From positions 22,009,360 through 22,073,359 of the forward strand of contig NC_043019.1 of the NCBI RefSeq assembly GCF_006345805.1: a stretch of DNA of 64,000 nt. The letters are read 5' to 3'. A program made the translations under genes and the position numbers. Below the pieces are notes generated by a model that was given only the letters and a program-made list of their open reading frames with translations, was not told the origin of the DNA and did no database searches. Positions 25,274 to 39,000 of the stretch are shown in pieces (position 1 is the first letter of the stretch; each line of letters starts with the position of its first letter). The stretch is from Octopus sinensis (Eukaryota).

Positions 25274-27759
25274 TTAAATGGCACCTGTTTCCAGGTAATG
25301 TACCAATAAATTTACACAAAAACCTAGAAATACTCGATTTCATGGAGAAAGAAACTGATGTGGATTCTCTAGATCCAATCTATTCATAGCACAGTGAAGA
25401 TCTGTAAGATACTCCAAAAATTCTCCATCTGAGATGCTTATGTGAATAGACAACACAACCACATATTCACAAATGCCAGAAACTCTTAACTCAAAATGCC
25501 TTGTCACTTTATTAGCAACTGACTTGAACTCTCTCAAGAAGAACTTAAATAAAACTCAAAGGAAAAACAGATATATTTGAAGATTAAATATAAAAAATTA
25601 CTCTAGCACTTGAGTTTTGTGGTATACACTTGACAAACTGGATGTGCTATGAAAATAGTTCTCTAATTCTACACTATTTTTGTTTCAAATTTGTCTACAC
25701 TTTAGCAGTCCAGATCTACCAGCAGATAATATCAAAGATATTCCAATCTTGAGCATTCTGTCTTTTTTATCTTTTTTTTTTTATATATAGTCAATGTAAC
25801 TAAGGAACATTATCAGTAATGTATGATTTGAAGAAAATTTGGTTGCTATTTCTGGCAGGTCAAGGAAATGCATATTGGCCCTATTAACTATGTATTTCAG
25901 TTAATTTTTAAAACAGCGAAGAATTTAGAGTAGGGTAGTTTATAAATAAATTTAAAAAATTTGACTTCATTAAGTTAGTGTTCAGAACGTAACTAAACAC
26001 ATCATTCTTAAACAAATTGTAATGTAAGGTTTTAATATAAATACATGCTTTAAAATAGACAGTTGTGTATTGTATAATTCAAGATGGTCTTGGGTTGGTA
26101 CCAATAGAATTTTAAGCTATAAGATTTGTTGGACTGCATTATCCAAAATCTTCCTAATGCATCTGTGCATCAACTGTCTTAAATCATGTCTTAACATAGA
26201 CAAGATATGATTTAAGATAGTTGGTCAGCATGATGCATTATAGCATCAAATAAAATGCATTGCAATATTTGTTCCAGCTCTATGTGCTCTAAGTTCAAAT
26301 CTCTCCAAGTCAACCTTGCTTTTCATCATTTCAAGGTTGAAAAAATTCTGACTGATGGCCATAGTTTAGTTTAGGACATGATTTGAGAAAGATATACCCA
26401 AGGCTGGTTTTAGAGACAATTAGACAAACTTGTTAAAATTGGGCCCCATGCCAAGAGAGGGCCTTGCACACACACACACACATCTGAGCAGAGGATGTTT
26501 TGATGAATTTTTAGGATATCACTGTGGCTAATGGTGGAGCCACAACCCTTCAATGTTTTTTAGCTAGGATTGGTGCACTACATGAAGCATAAAACATTAA
26601 TCTTCAGCTTTTGCAGAGTAAAGGGCCCCACTGACAATTCTCTAATTGGGCCCTACACTTCCTAGTGTGGATATACTTGATGTTTCTAGTAGATCAAGCA
26701 ACTACCCAGTAGTTCCTGTTGATTCAGTTATCACATCATCGTAAACACATGGTACTTTATCAAATATTGTTTTAGATCATCCTTTTTTCTGTTTTAAATT
26801 CAACTCATCATTATCACCAAAATATGGCTGAGAACAAGATAGGACAAGACAAAACAAAGATGAATATAATTCAATCTAAATGAGGTTGGCACAGAATTGG
26901 TTATTTAAAAGAGGTCAAATGGAAGAGAATCATAAGTTGTAGAAAACTCACATATGAAAAATCAAAAAACAAAAAAAAATAATCTGAAACAAAAAACAAA
27001 AATGTAACACAAACAATGTTACAGTTATTATAAAGAAAGTATTGATTTAACATTTGCAATATTTTACTGCAAATGGAAATTAGCATAAATACAGAAAAAT
27101 CCAAATGAGACAAGTCTTTTTGCTGGACTTGGTAACAAGCGTGTGTGTGTGTGTGTGCGTTTGGGGACTGTGCATAAATGTGTGTATATGTAGATAGCAT
27201 GTGTGTGTATATGATGAAGGCATGTGTGTGTAAATATAGCTTCATATTTGCCTACATGCAAACAAGCAATCATGTATATGTCTCTGAGTACACAAACAAT
27301 ATTCATTATGTAGCCATATGAAAGGAAAGAGATGTTTTGTCAGACATCTTTTCCTTAAAGCTATTAGTAATGTGATTTATGTAGATTCATGTGCAAGCTG
27401 TGTGTGTGTATGTACACGCGCATATTCCTTATGGATTTGAAAACTAAGTTGCCAATTTTGACATATGAGGTATTAAAAGATTCAGTAATCTCTTTACTAC
27501 CAAATAAAGTATGTTTTTTTGCATAACTCTTTTTTACTGCAAAACAAACCTCGAAAATGAGGTTGGGTCACACAATTTTGAGGTCTTTAGCTAATGGAGG
27601 CAACTCTACCTGAACAATCTTTATGTCTTAGAGCATAATGAGATGTTTAAAATACATTGAGTTTTACCAGGGAATGAAACTTCAAAAATATACTGTCAAC
27701 TCTATTAGTATTTCAGTGTGGAAGGTGTTTATAAGCAATTTAAGAAACACACAAAAACA

Positions 27760-27941
27760 GTTAGATTCACTTCAACATTTAAATTTGATTTGCCAAAATA
27801 TTTTCATCGCTTTGAGACCACAACCTGTTCACTGACAAAATTCCATGCTGCATCTCAGAATTTTGTCAGTGAACAGGTCGTGGTCTCAAAGCGACGAAAA
27901 TATTTTGGCAAATTAAATTTAAATGTTGAAGTGAATCTAAC
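27760..27941. mobile_element. Foldback/MITE: 84-bp arms (3 mismatches) with a 14-nt loop
   Basis: 27760-27843 is the reverse complement of 27858-27941. No clear TSD. Confidence 0.85.
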
Positions 27942-28305
27942 AGTTCACAATCTCAGATCAGGTCACTTGCTATGCAATTACATCTCCGTAATTTATTAGC
28001 ATTATTTAGAAGATAATCTTTTAATGTAAAGTAACTTTGACTGTGTTTTTGTTTAACCCAGAGTTGCCTCTGATGTGGCAGACCCATTGAATAGCTTCTT
28101 TTTGTTTTGTTTTTATTTTCTTCTTCCTGAAATACTGTAAATCTGTTTTTCTTTTGATGAAAGAGTGTGTATTTTAAGAGAGTTTGGCTGCTATTTGTAG
28201 TAGCTCAAGTTACCACAAAGATACCTCTGTGTGTGTGTGTGTGTGTGTGTGTGTTTTGTTGTGGTGAAAAAATACTATTTAAAACGTGCTATTCAAGTTT
28301 TTCAG

Positions 28306-28449
28306 GCCCTAACAGAATCCAAGCCCTTCAAGCTTCTGGAATACCAAGCCATTTGGCCGTTCCAGAAGCTGAAGGAGTCAGGCTCCAATTAGGGGCCTGC
28401 AAATCTCGAAGTAGCATAGAACTAAATCAAACAGTTTTAAATAATATAT
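28306..28449 (+). CDS. Internal coding exon of an unidentified gene (144 nt, phase 1-1): (G)PNRIQALQASGIPSHLAVPEAEGVRLQLGACKSRSSIELNQTVLNNI
   Basis: Acceptor AAGTTTTTCAG|G, consensus donor T|GTAAGT, only one open frame, GC-richer than the flanks, and A/T-biased third codon positions. Protein family not recognised. Confidence 0.65.
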
Positions 28450-28571
28450 GTAAGTCTTACTAAATGTGTTGAATGCCCTTTTCTTTCATTTGTCCACTTA
28501 TGTGTGGTGTGTGTGTGTGTTTTGTTGTGGTGAAAAAATACTATTAAAACGTGCTATTTCAAGTTTTTCAG

Positions 28572-28717
28572 GCCCCTAACAAGAATCCAAGCCCTTCAAG
28601 CTTCTGGAATACCAAGCCATTTGGCCGTTCCAGAAGCTGAAGGAGTCAGGCTCCAATTAGGGGCCTGCAAATCTCGAAGTAGCATAGAACTAAATCAAAC
28701 AGTTTTAAATAATATAT
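28572..28717 (+). pseudogene. Second copy of the 144-nt exon, 146 nt (frameshifted by +C and +A)
   Basis: Same splice sites; GGCCCCTAACAAGAA versus GGCCCTAACAGAA in copy 1. May be an assembly artefact. Confidence 0.45.
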
Positions 28718-28989
28718 GTAAGTCTTACTAAATGTGTTGAATGCCCTTTTCTTTCATTTGTCCACTTATGTGTGTGTGTGTGTGTATATACAGTGTTTGT
28801 ACTCTTACCCTACTTTTGTCAAATGCTTTGACAAGGTGGTCAAATATTTTGTTGTAAAGAAAGTCACTGACCAATGTTCTGTAAGTGGAATTTAGTAGAT
28901 TGAGTATATTAGGAATCAGATGTATTGTACAAGAGAGAGAGATGACACTAGTTAATATGGAGATGCATCATGAATGAATAATAACAAAT

Positions 28990-29200
28990 GTGTAAAGAAA
29001 TGCCAGGGGATTTAAGTAAATGAAACTGTTGAAGAGGAAGACCAAGAAAGAATGGACAGAAATGCTGAAAGCTGATTTCATGATTTCACAAAGGAGATGA
29101 AAATAAAACATGACAAATGGTGCTGTGTTGGAGAGGATCCATATCCATTTAATCCATGCAAGCATGGAAAAGCAGATGTAAAAATGAAGACCATTTGTCA
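28990..29200 (+). mobile_element. Decayed RTE LINE 3' end (ORF2 C-terminus plus tail)
   Basis: AGAGGAAGACCAAGAAAG (RGRPRK)...ACAAAGGAGATG...AAATGGTGCTGTGTTGGAG, followed by the tail ATCCATGCAAGCATGGAAAAGCAGATGTAAAA. Confidence 0.65.
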
Positions 29201-32200
29201 AAGCATATATATTAGTTTCCAATTTTGGTACAAGGCCAGCAATTTCAGGAGAGCAGTAAGTTGATTATATTGACTCCAGTGCTCAACTGGTACTTATTTT
29301 ATTGTCCCAGGAAGGATGAAAGGCAAAGTTGACCATGGCAACATTGAACTCAGAACATAAAGCATTTTTCCGGTGCAGTAACAATTCTCCTGGCTCACCA
29401 CCTTCTAGAAGACACATGTTGGTTTCAAATTTTAGCATAAGTCCAGCAATTTTGGGGGAGAGGATAAGTCAATTACAACAACACCAGTGTTCAACTGGTA
29501 CTTATTTTATCAACCCCAAAAGGATGAAAGGCAAAGTCAAGCCTGGAGGCATTTGAACTCTGAACATAATGAGTCAGAAGGAATGCCACTTAGCAATTTA
29601 TCCAGCACAGTAATGATTCTGCCAGCCTGCCACCTTGTCAAAGCATATATATTAGAATATGGGTTTTACTGGCATCCCTTAATTCTTTAAGCCCTAAGAT
29701 TTATTCCACTCTTTTAGTCTTTACAAGATATTTTACGATTGTTATTCCACACTCACTTCTTAATGAGTTCTAAATATTTATTTATTCATCCATTCTATAT
29801 CTAACTCCAAAAGTGGCAGATCATTTTGCCTTTTTTTTTGTTTTTTGTTTTTTACTACAACATTCACACATTAGATACTCAGTAGGAACATAATTGTCAA
29901 ATAAAATTTAAACAATTGTATTATGAATAAACTGTTTATGTCCTTTAAGAATAATTACTTTACATTAGAAATGCTTCTTTTAAAATTATTACTGCAATTT
30001 CAACATTTCTTTAAAACTTGCATATTCATAAACTAGAATTTGTTTTGGTTTATTATTTTTCTTCTTTAAATTCTATATAGCTTTGTTATATCTTTTTTTT
30101 TTTTTTTGCTTGTTTTTCTATTCTCTGCTAACATATGTTCAGATAATTCAACTATCATCCTGGAAAGAGTTTTAGAAATTGTTAGAACATTTTCCATGCT
30201 GATGTGGGTTGGACAAGAACGAATGAGGCAGAGGACTACATTAAGCTCTTATGTCTACTTTAGTATGGTTTCTACAGCTGGACACCCTTCCTAATACCTA
30301 CCACTTTACAAATTATCCCGGGTGCTTATTCATGATGCTGACCAAATAAATTCCAAGATAACAAAAAAAAAAAGACTCCTCAGTTGAGTGATATTGTAGT
30401 GGAGACAGAAGTGGCTTTATGTCAGGTGTTGTTGCAAGGTGAAAGTATAATAGAGAGGCAGACAAAGGAGATGCATGTGTGTGTCAAGTTTTTCATGCTT
30501 GCATGAATCAGACAGGATTTGTTGAAGCAGATTTTCTACAGACAGATGCCCTTCCAGTCACGAACTACCACCTATTTCCCCAAGAAGGTAACCTTTCCCC
30601 CATGACCAGACATGGTTTTGCAGAATACTGAAAATGAATGAAACTGCATATATGACAATGAAGTTCATTTGCTACTGTCATGCATTGTCAAACCAAGAAG
30701 GCCACCCACAAATTGTGAAATAGTAGTGATATCTATTTTGATTTATGGAAAAGTGTTTCACAAATCAAATGGCATACATGTAATGCATTATTGAAATTAC
30801 TATTGCTTGTTTTTAATTCCCTAACCACAAACACAAATTATGCAGATGATACTACAAAAACACAGCTGAGATTCTTACACAGTCTAAGCACATTTAATCA
30901 GACTTGCAAAGCCAGTGAGGGAGACTCTGCATATTCACACAGCCGACAAGAAACAGCAAAATCTTCCCTCAAACTGAACCCTACCATCATAATAAAAGAA
31001 TACATTGTGAAATGTAGTCCTAATATACAAATGGATGTGGTGGTCACTGCTGAAATTACTTTTTACCATAGGTCACCAGCTGGCAATAATTTGTACCTGT
31101 AATTCAGTACTGATTTTTTTTAACCTGGTACTTACTTTATTAATCTCTTTTACTAAACCACTAATTTATGGGGACATACACCAACACCAATTTTCAATCA
31201 GTGGTGGAGGACAAACACAGACACAAAGGCATGCACATATGACAGGCTTCTTTCAGTTTCCTTCTACTAAATCCACTCATAAGGCTTTTACTGGCCTGAG
31301 GCTTTAGTGGAAGACACTTGCCCAAGGTGCCACATAGTGGGACTGAACCTAAAACCATGTAGTTGAGAAGCAAACTCCTTATCACACAGCTATGCTTGGA
31401 CCTATATGTTCTCTTTTTTTTTTCTCTATAAAAAGCTACAATGTAATTGGAGAGTGATTTGGGGTTGTATTTCTAGTAAGTCATGTGACCACACAGAGGC
31501 TCTATCTATTACTCATTGAGACTTCGTATATGCAACGTTGGTGTATGTTTAATATATATTTCCTTCTTACCAAAACAATCTTGTAATGTTACTGTATTAT
31601 GTGATATCAGTAAAACACCTCCAGAACAGAACACATTTATTATATATGTACAGTTTAATTAATAAATGCCATCTTAAATCCTGCAGGAGTTGCCAATACA
31701 TAAATCTTCAGCCATGTAATTTAATATATTCCACATCAACACCAGCTTAACTGATTTGTAAGATAAATCAGATAGAACTAGTTTTCACATATATTCTAAA
31801 TTTCAACAGCCTTTCTCTCTCTTTATATATCTATATAATGTGTTACATTAGTTTTCTCATTAATATACCCAATACTAATTTCAACATTTGCTTGCCATGT
31901 TCTACTTATTGTCTGTCAAGTTAAATGCTAACCTTTTTACTTATTTATAAAGCAGTATCATAGCTCATGTGTGTCCAACAAGTTAGGCAATTTGAAGTGT
32001 ATTCATAAGCCAAAGTCTTCCAGACAAGAATTAGGCAAAGTTAAGTATTGAATAGAATACTATTTGGTATTTGTTCATACTCTCTGTGCTCTGGGTTCAA
32101 ACCCTGCCTAAGTCAACAATGCCATTCAATCTTTCAGAGTTGATAAAAATAAAAAAAAAGTACCATTCCAGGAAGGTAAATTGGCAGAAATCTAAGAATA

Positions 32201-34739
32201 TCAGCAATATTTGTTCCAACTCTTTGCATTCTGAGTTCAAATCCTGCCAAGAAACAGCAGTTAAATTCTCTCCTCCCCACTTCAATCAAACCCTTCTACC
32301 TTTAATAATAAAAGGAAACAGTGAACAAAGGTCATCCCTGGTATAAAAAAAAAGCAGATAGTGTAAACAAGAATATCTTTGCTCATTGATGATCTGATCA
32401 AACAGATCAGCTTTCATACTAAACAACAAGAGCTCTGATTTTCTACTCATGCTGGATGAACATTATCTCGACTTCCTTTAATAGTTGAGTAGATGATAGC
32501 TCATATAATTAAGTATAACTTCAAACCAGTTTAAAAACTACATCATAAATTTTGGAATGAACTCTTACTATTTATTTAAAAGTTACTTCATTTATACTAT
32601 GTAAAATAGTTCTGTGATGTTACCATAACAAGAAAAAATAATCAAAAATACTCTTCAGAAGATATTATATGTAGGAAATATAGCAGCTGAAACTAATCAG
32701 AAAATAGACTGATTTGAATTAGTGAAGAAAGAGACATAAAAGACGAGATTAATCATTTGATAAATTCTCAGTATTCCAGTGCATGGAAATGAGAAATTTA
32801 TCAAGAAGTATAATTGTTATATGGTATGAGAGAACTGGTTATAGCTTAAAAATGAAAAATAAAACGAGCTGTTTGTGTTGATGTTATTTATGTACAAAAA
32901 TAAAACAAATTACTAAGTTCAGATACAATTTATTTTTAGCTTTAGATTGTAAGAATGTAGGACAGATTATTGAATCAACTTTCATTTATGCGAAGTCAAA
33001 GAATATATATATATCTCTATATATATATATATATATGCACACACATGCATAAACACATAAATTTAAAAAAAGCATGCATCATAAATTAACATGGGGAAAA
33101 TAGCAATAAAAGGGAGAAAATACTTAGGAAAGCTTACTACGCTGTATGATATACCACCATAAGTTTTTCTTCTTTTTTTTTCAATAAAAAAAAACCATGT
33201 AACTCATAAAATACAAAGTGCAATGCCTAGATGAAGTAACTCTACTAAAACATTGCCAAGAGTTATCAACATCAAATTTCACCTTTTACCAATTTTCTAC
33301 CGATATTTCTCTCTCTCACCCATCAGCTAACCTACATTAATACAAATTGAACATTAACTACATTAACCTTACTTTAGTATTAGAGTTTCTGGAAGAGTTC
33401 ACTCAGTTCAACTGCCGTGAGCAGTGAAGAATCTAATATGTCAGGTTCTTCTAGCCTTCATTTGAGAAAGATTGAGAATGTGTTGATGCTTGCACTGAAA
33501 GCTAATAAAATTATTTTTGATGCAGATACGACTTAACTCAGAATCTAGATTTTTTTTTTTATCCTTGATCAGTATAATAAGGACAGATGAAGCTCAGCTA
33601 TAAATGGTAATCCATCTAGGAAAACACAACGCCAAACAAAAACTATGCATATTGCTCATGCCAGGCACTATATCACATATTACAATGATTTCAGAGCAAA
33701 GGGCAAGTAAGGCTTTGTACCTAAAACAGTTAGAGCAGGTACATGAAAAATAGTTCCTCTACAGTCCTTAAATGGAATTGTAAAATTTAACAGGAGAAAA
33801 CAATTATTGAAAATCTTGGACTTCCAATATGGTCAGACCAAGACGAAAATGACATCACCACTTAATGATTCGATGAAAGGATAAAAGGCAAAACTGATCT
33901 CAATGGGATTTGAATTCGAAGTGTAAAGAATTGGAGCAAATACCACAAGGCAACTTTTCTGACACTAACAATTTTGCTAATCCACTGTCCTTTCAATAAG
34001 GACGATAGCCGTTTCTAAATTAGGCTTTGGTCAAACATTTAGGGAAAGCAGAACAGCTGATTACATTGACTCTAGTACTTTGGTTAATCCACATTACTCC
34101 ATAAGGAGCATAGGGCCAGTTTCCCAGACATATATATTCCTCCCTGGATGGGACACCGCTCTGTCACAGAATTACTCATTTTTACCAGCTGAGTGGACTG
34201 GAACAACATGAAATGAAGCATTTTGCTCAAGCACACAAGGCATTACCCAGCCCAGGAATCTGAAACCACAATCTTACGATCAACAGTCCAACACCCTATA
34301 TACTAAACCACTCATCTCCACTAGTACTTAACTGGCACTTTATTTTATTGACTGGTGGTGAAAGGCAAATTTAACACAAGCAAGAACTTGGAATAGAGAG
34401 AGGTATCTTATCTAATGCTCAACTAATTCTACTATCTACACCCTTCTCAATGATAATCAAATGATTATTATTAGTAGTAGTAGCAGTATTAATAATAATC
34501 CTTTCTACTATAGGCACAAGGCCTGAAATTTTGGGAGAGGAAGGCTGATTGATTACATTGATCCTGGTGTTCAACTGGTATGTATTTCATTGACTCCAAA
34601 AGGATGAAAGACAAACTTGACCTCAGCAGAATATAAACTCAGAACATAAAGGAGGACCACCATATTATTATTAATAATAAAATAGTTTTAAAATAAATGT
34701 GATATAAATGCCTTCATATCCAGGATGTGAGTAAATACC

Positions 34740-34967
34740 TATTTCTTTACTACCCACAAGGGGCCTCTTTCACAGAGGGGACAAACAAGGACAGACAAAC
34801 GGATTAAATCGATTATATCGACCCCAGTGCGTAACTGGTACTTATTTAATCGACCCCAAAAGGATGAAAGGCAAAGTCGACCTCGGCGGAATTTGAACTC
34901 AGCACACAGCGGCGGACGAAATACCGCAAAGCATTTCACCCGGCGTGCTAACGTTTCTGCCAGCTCG
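34740..34967 (-). mobile_element. Young SINE family B copy (CpG intact)
   Basis: Near-identical reverse complement of 44705-44938; possible TSD AAATACC at 34733-34739 and 34968-34974. Confidence 0.9.
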
Positions 34968-35524
34968 AAATACCACAAGGCATTTTTGTCAGATGCTTTA
35001 ACAATTCTGTTGATCCACCACTGTGAATATATTTACTTGTTATCATAACAATTGATAAATTCCATAACACATATTACTCATAACCACTCTGAGTTCCCAC
35101 AGGATAAACCTACAAACAGCTTAAACGCTGAAAAGTCATAAAAAAAAAAAAGATTTCCTGCTGCCCACACAGCTCTTTCAACTCAAAATTTATACAACTC
35201 TATACTTGTGAATTAGAAGTTTCTATGGGAATTCCATATTACTTCATTTATTTGTAGATATAAGAGTGACAACTTTCAATAATTTACAGTTTATATTATC
35301 TATTATCTTTTATTACAATTATTTATTTGCTTTTTATATGGAATGAAGCATTTAATGATGTTTACTAAAATCTTATTACACAATGCTAATACACAGATAT
35401 CTAGTTTATATTTGACATTTAGGATTAGAAAGAAGAGGGGTGGATTATTTATCAACCACCTAAATACTGTAGGTTTTGAAGAGACCTGTGCTGGTAGTCT
35501 GCATAAGCATGAAAGGATAATGAT

Positions 35525-36085
35525 AGCTACATGAGCTTATTGCTGTCTACATGAACGAAGAAGACTAGTGGCTGTCTACATGAACCAAAGGAAAGAGGCC
35601 AGTGGCTGTCTACATGAGTCCAGGAGGGCCAGTGGCCATCTATATGAGTCAAGGAGGCGAGTGGCTATCTACATGAGTCAAGAAGGCCAGTGGCCGTCTA
35701 CATGAGTCAAGAAGGCCAGTGGCCGTCTACATGAGTCAAGAAGGCCAGTGGCTGTCTACATGAGTCAAGAAGGCCAGTGGCTGTCTACATGAGTCAAGAA
35801 GGCCAGTGGCTGTCTACATGAGTCAAGAAGGCCAGTGGCTGTCTACATGAGTCAAGAAGGCCAGTGGCTGTCTACATGAGTCAAGAAGGCCAGTGGCTGT
35901 CTACATGAGTCAAGAAGGCCAGTGGCTGTCTACATGAGTCAGGAAGGCCAGTGGCCGTCTACATGAGTCAAGGAGGTCAGTGGCTGTCTTCGTGAATCAA
36001 ACAGGTCTGTGGTTATTTACATAAGCCAAGGGAGATAGTGGTCTACATAGGTTTAGGAGGCTACTCATTATCTACATGAGCTATG
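35525..36085. repeat. 29-bp minisatellite GTGGCTGTCTACATGAGTCAAGAAGGCCA, ~12 homogeneous central copies plus degenerate flanking copies
   Basis: TGAGTCA at 35645, 35674, 35703 ... 35964, exactly 29 bp apart. The unit is not a multiple of 3 and there are no unique spacers, so it is neither coding nor CRISPR. Confidence 0.95.
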
Positions 36086-39000
36086 GTATTCTGAACAAAA
36101 AAAACTCATTTCAATAAAGTTTAATGTATCATGAAAAGAAAATTCTAGTGTTAAGACAACATTGTTGTACAAAAAAAGAGTAGCAACTAGTATAAACAGT
36201 ATATTTAGGATGGTGTAATCTGATGGGGTCATTGGTTGCTTTTTCTCATAGCCAGGTGACTATATAAATGCTTCCTTGTTAGCTTGTTGTTCAAGAGTTT
36301 CACAAATACATACAGCTGGGATTAGATGGAGTACAATTTACAGGGTGTTTCAATAGTGATGGACCTCTCTATCTCACATAGCTTTATTTTCCAAAAGCTA
36401 CATAAAACAACTAACAAAAATCCATTCTAGGTTGCCTCGTTATACTCAAATTAAAAATGCAAAGCCATTTCAAACATTTGGAAGGCATAAATTAATAGAA
36501 AATAATTAGAGAAAATATTTTACTTTAAACACAACAATAGCTGAAAAGAAAGAACAAGATAAAAATTATTTCTGATTTCTATAATGAAATACATCACTTG
36601 TAAGAAAAATATTAATTGCTTAAAAATAAAAAGCATCAAAAAAAACTTTATTTCATTAACAATTCTAATTAAATTAAAACTGATAAGAAATTACAGTGCA
36701 AGATCCTTGATCTAGCTCTCAGCTACAAAAGGTTGTAAAACAGATTCTGTAAACCATAGCAAAGTCTTGATATTGTAGCATCAAAATAAAATAGATTTAT
36801 TCTATCAGAAGTAAATTTAATTACAAATAAATAAATTGATGGCTAATTTATTAACATGGTGTTTGTTATCGATGTCATTTAGCTTCAAACCAGCCTTCAA
36901 TGAGCAGACCTATAATCAAAAGGTATTCCACCTATGATCATCCAATCATATTTTGAGACATAGCACATCCTAAGACCAAGTTATTGAATATATCGTTTTT
37001 GTTTTTTTTTTAAAGCAGTGTAATTTGAGGGAAATTTGACTAATATTTCTAGCAAATCAAATGACTGTGTAGTTGCTTGTAATTCCATATTGAGCTACAG
37101 GTAAGACTTGATCCAGCAGATCTAAGATCAATGAAATTCAATTCATGATCATTCTTAAAGTATTATCCAATGTGCCATCTCTTTTCAAAAGAATAGGATG
37201 TAATTTGAGGGAGATGTACTCATTATATTTAAAAGACCCAGCAACCACACAGAGGCCTAATGAAGAACACTGTTACATTAAATGTTTCAATAGATTGCAC
37301 AGCTGAATTTGGGTCTTATACCCAAAGGGTTGTCTGGACAGTAGACCAGAATAAAGAAGAAAAAACTATACTAGTGTTCAAATGTTTCACATATTTTGAG
37401 TGAATCAAGCAAAAAGAGCTGAGGAAAACTAACTGCTGGTGTGTATGTGGCAGGCCCTCAGTTCCTGTAAAAGTTGTAGAGGTGCCATCATGACATGTAG
37501 CACATTTTGGACAGTTTAAAAACTTGTAGAGCCCACCTCTCTTCAGATCAAACCACAGCCAGTTTCTTTTAGAGAATGAGGTGGGATGGACAGAAATAAA
37601 TTAACTCCAGTACTAAACCCTGAAAGAATGAAAAGCATAAATGGCCCCAGTAGGATTTTAAATCTCAGTGTAGAGGGCTGGAATACCACAAAACATGTTC
37701 TCTAATACTCTAATGACTCTGCCACCTCATCCAAATTGTCACATTAATTAGCAAGTTAAAGAATTTAAAAGTGGAATAAATTAGTTTGTTTTTGTTTTAC
37801 TTTTGTTTTCTCTTTTTTTTTTCTTGATGCTCTAATGATTCTGCCAGCTCACCACTCTTACTAAGAGTAACAGAAGAAATCAGTTAATGAATCACATTTC
37901 CATTTTGTTGCTCTCTTAATACTTAGTCATAATCCATCTTAATCTTTTGACCAAACTACCAGGAACACTTTTTGGTTGGTATGTCCTGAAATATTCACAA
38001 TGAATCTACAAACACTAACTAGGAAGAAAATTCAATGACAAACTAGAAACCACAAACCATCAATATCATTAATCCCAGATGAACAAATCCGATTCTTTGA
38101 CTGACATTACTAATGTTTTATATAAAGGTAATCGATCAAATGATAGATGATGGTGATGATGATGACGCTAAAGCAAGAAACCATTCTTAGCTTGAAAATA
38201 GAATAAAATAAGTAAATAACTCCTATTTTCCTGTAATTCAATTTTGGCAACTAAAGACAGTTTATCTGTACTTTACATATTTTTCCCGAAAGCAAATGAG
38301 AATTCTGATCTGACTTTGCTTTGCATTTACACTAATGTTTCAATTCCCAGACTGTCAATGCAAACACAAGATTAGCGAATTTGTTAAAAAGCACCACAGT
38401 GTTTCACACAAAGGAATCAATTAGTTTTACGTGTCAGTTTGAGAGGTTTAAGGACACTGGAATAAGTCCAAACTATGAAAGCTCAATACATTTAATACAA
38501 GCTAAATAATAGATATCAGAATTAATACTAAATACCATTTATATGTACATTGTATACACACACACACACACAGATAGACAGGCATCCACACATACATATT
38601 GTGAGACAAACATACAACCACACACATACACTACTAACATAGATACAGAGAGACATAAACACACAGCCTCACAAACATAGCCACTCATACACACTTATTG
38701 ATTATGGTAGCTGGATATTTGCATAAATAATTAAAAACCAATTTTTGGCCATGAAATACTACAAATATTGACTTCATCATAGACAATATATAACTGTATA
38801 TCAAAAGTTGTGAACATAAGAGATAAAACATTCATTAAAACCAAAATGGATTGAAAATTTATCAAGACATTGTTACCAGCCCATCCTCTGTCAAACCAAG
38901 TCACAATTCAACAATAGGTCCTTTTCTTAATAGAAGCAAATTCAATAACTTCATTGATCCACAAGCTAATTAATAGGGCCTCTACATACGACCTTTTAGA

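Larger units (their letters stand above)
28254..28768. repeat. ~267-bp tandem duplication bounded by (TG)n tracts, containing a candidate exon
   Basis: The copies differ only by four 1-nt homopolymer indels clustered at about 28543-28582; no substitutions. Confidence 0.95.

Noticed and set aside
27858-27910. Hammerhead in the 84-bp foldback (GTCG...CGAC-GAAA)
   Set aside because: No CUGANGA-like core precedes the stem.
33372-33494. Minus-strand segment bounded by CTTTCAG and GTAAGG
   Set aside because: All three frames contain stops. At best it is a non-coding exon, which cannot be supported from sequence alone.
35525-36085. Regular 29-bp repeats as a CRISPR array
   Set aside because: The units are head-to-tail with no unique spacers, no cas genes are present, and the context is eukaryotic.
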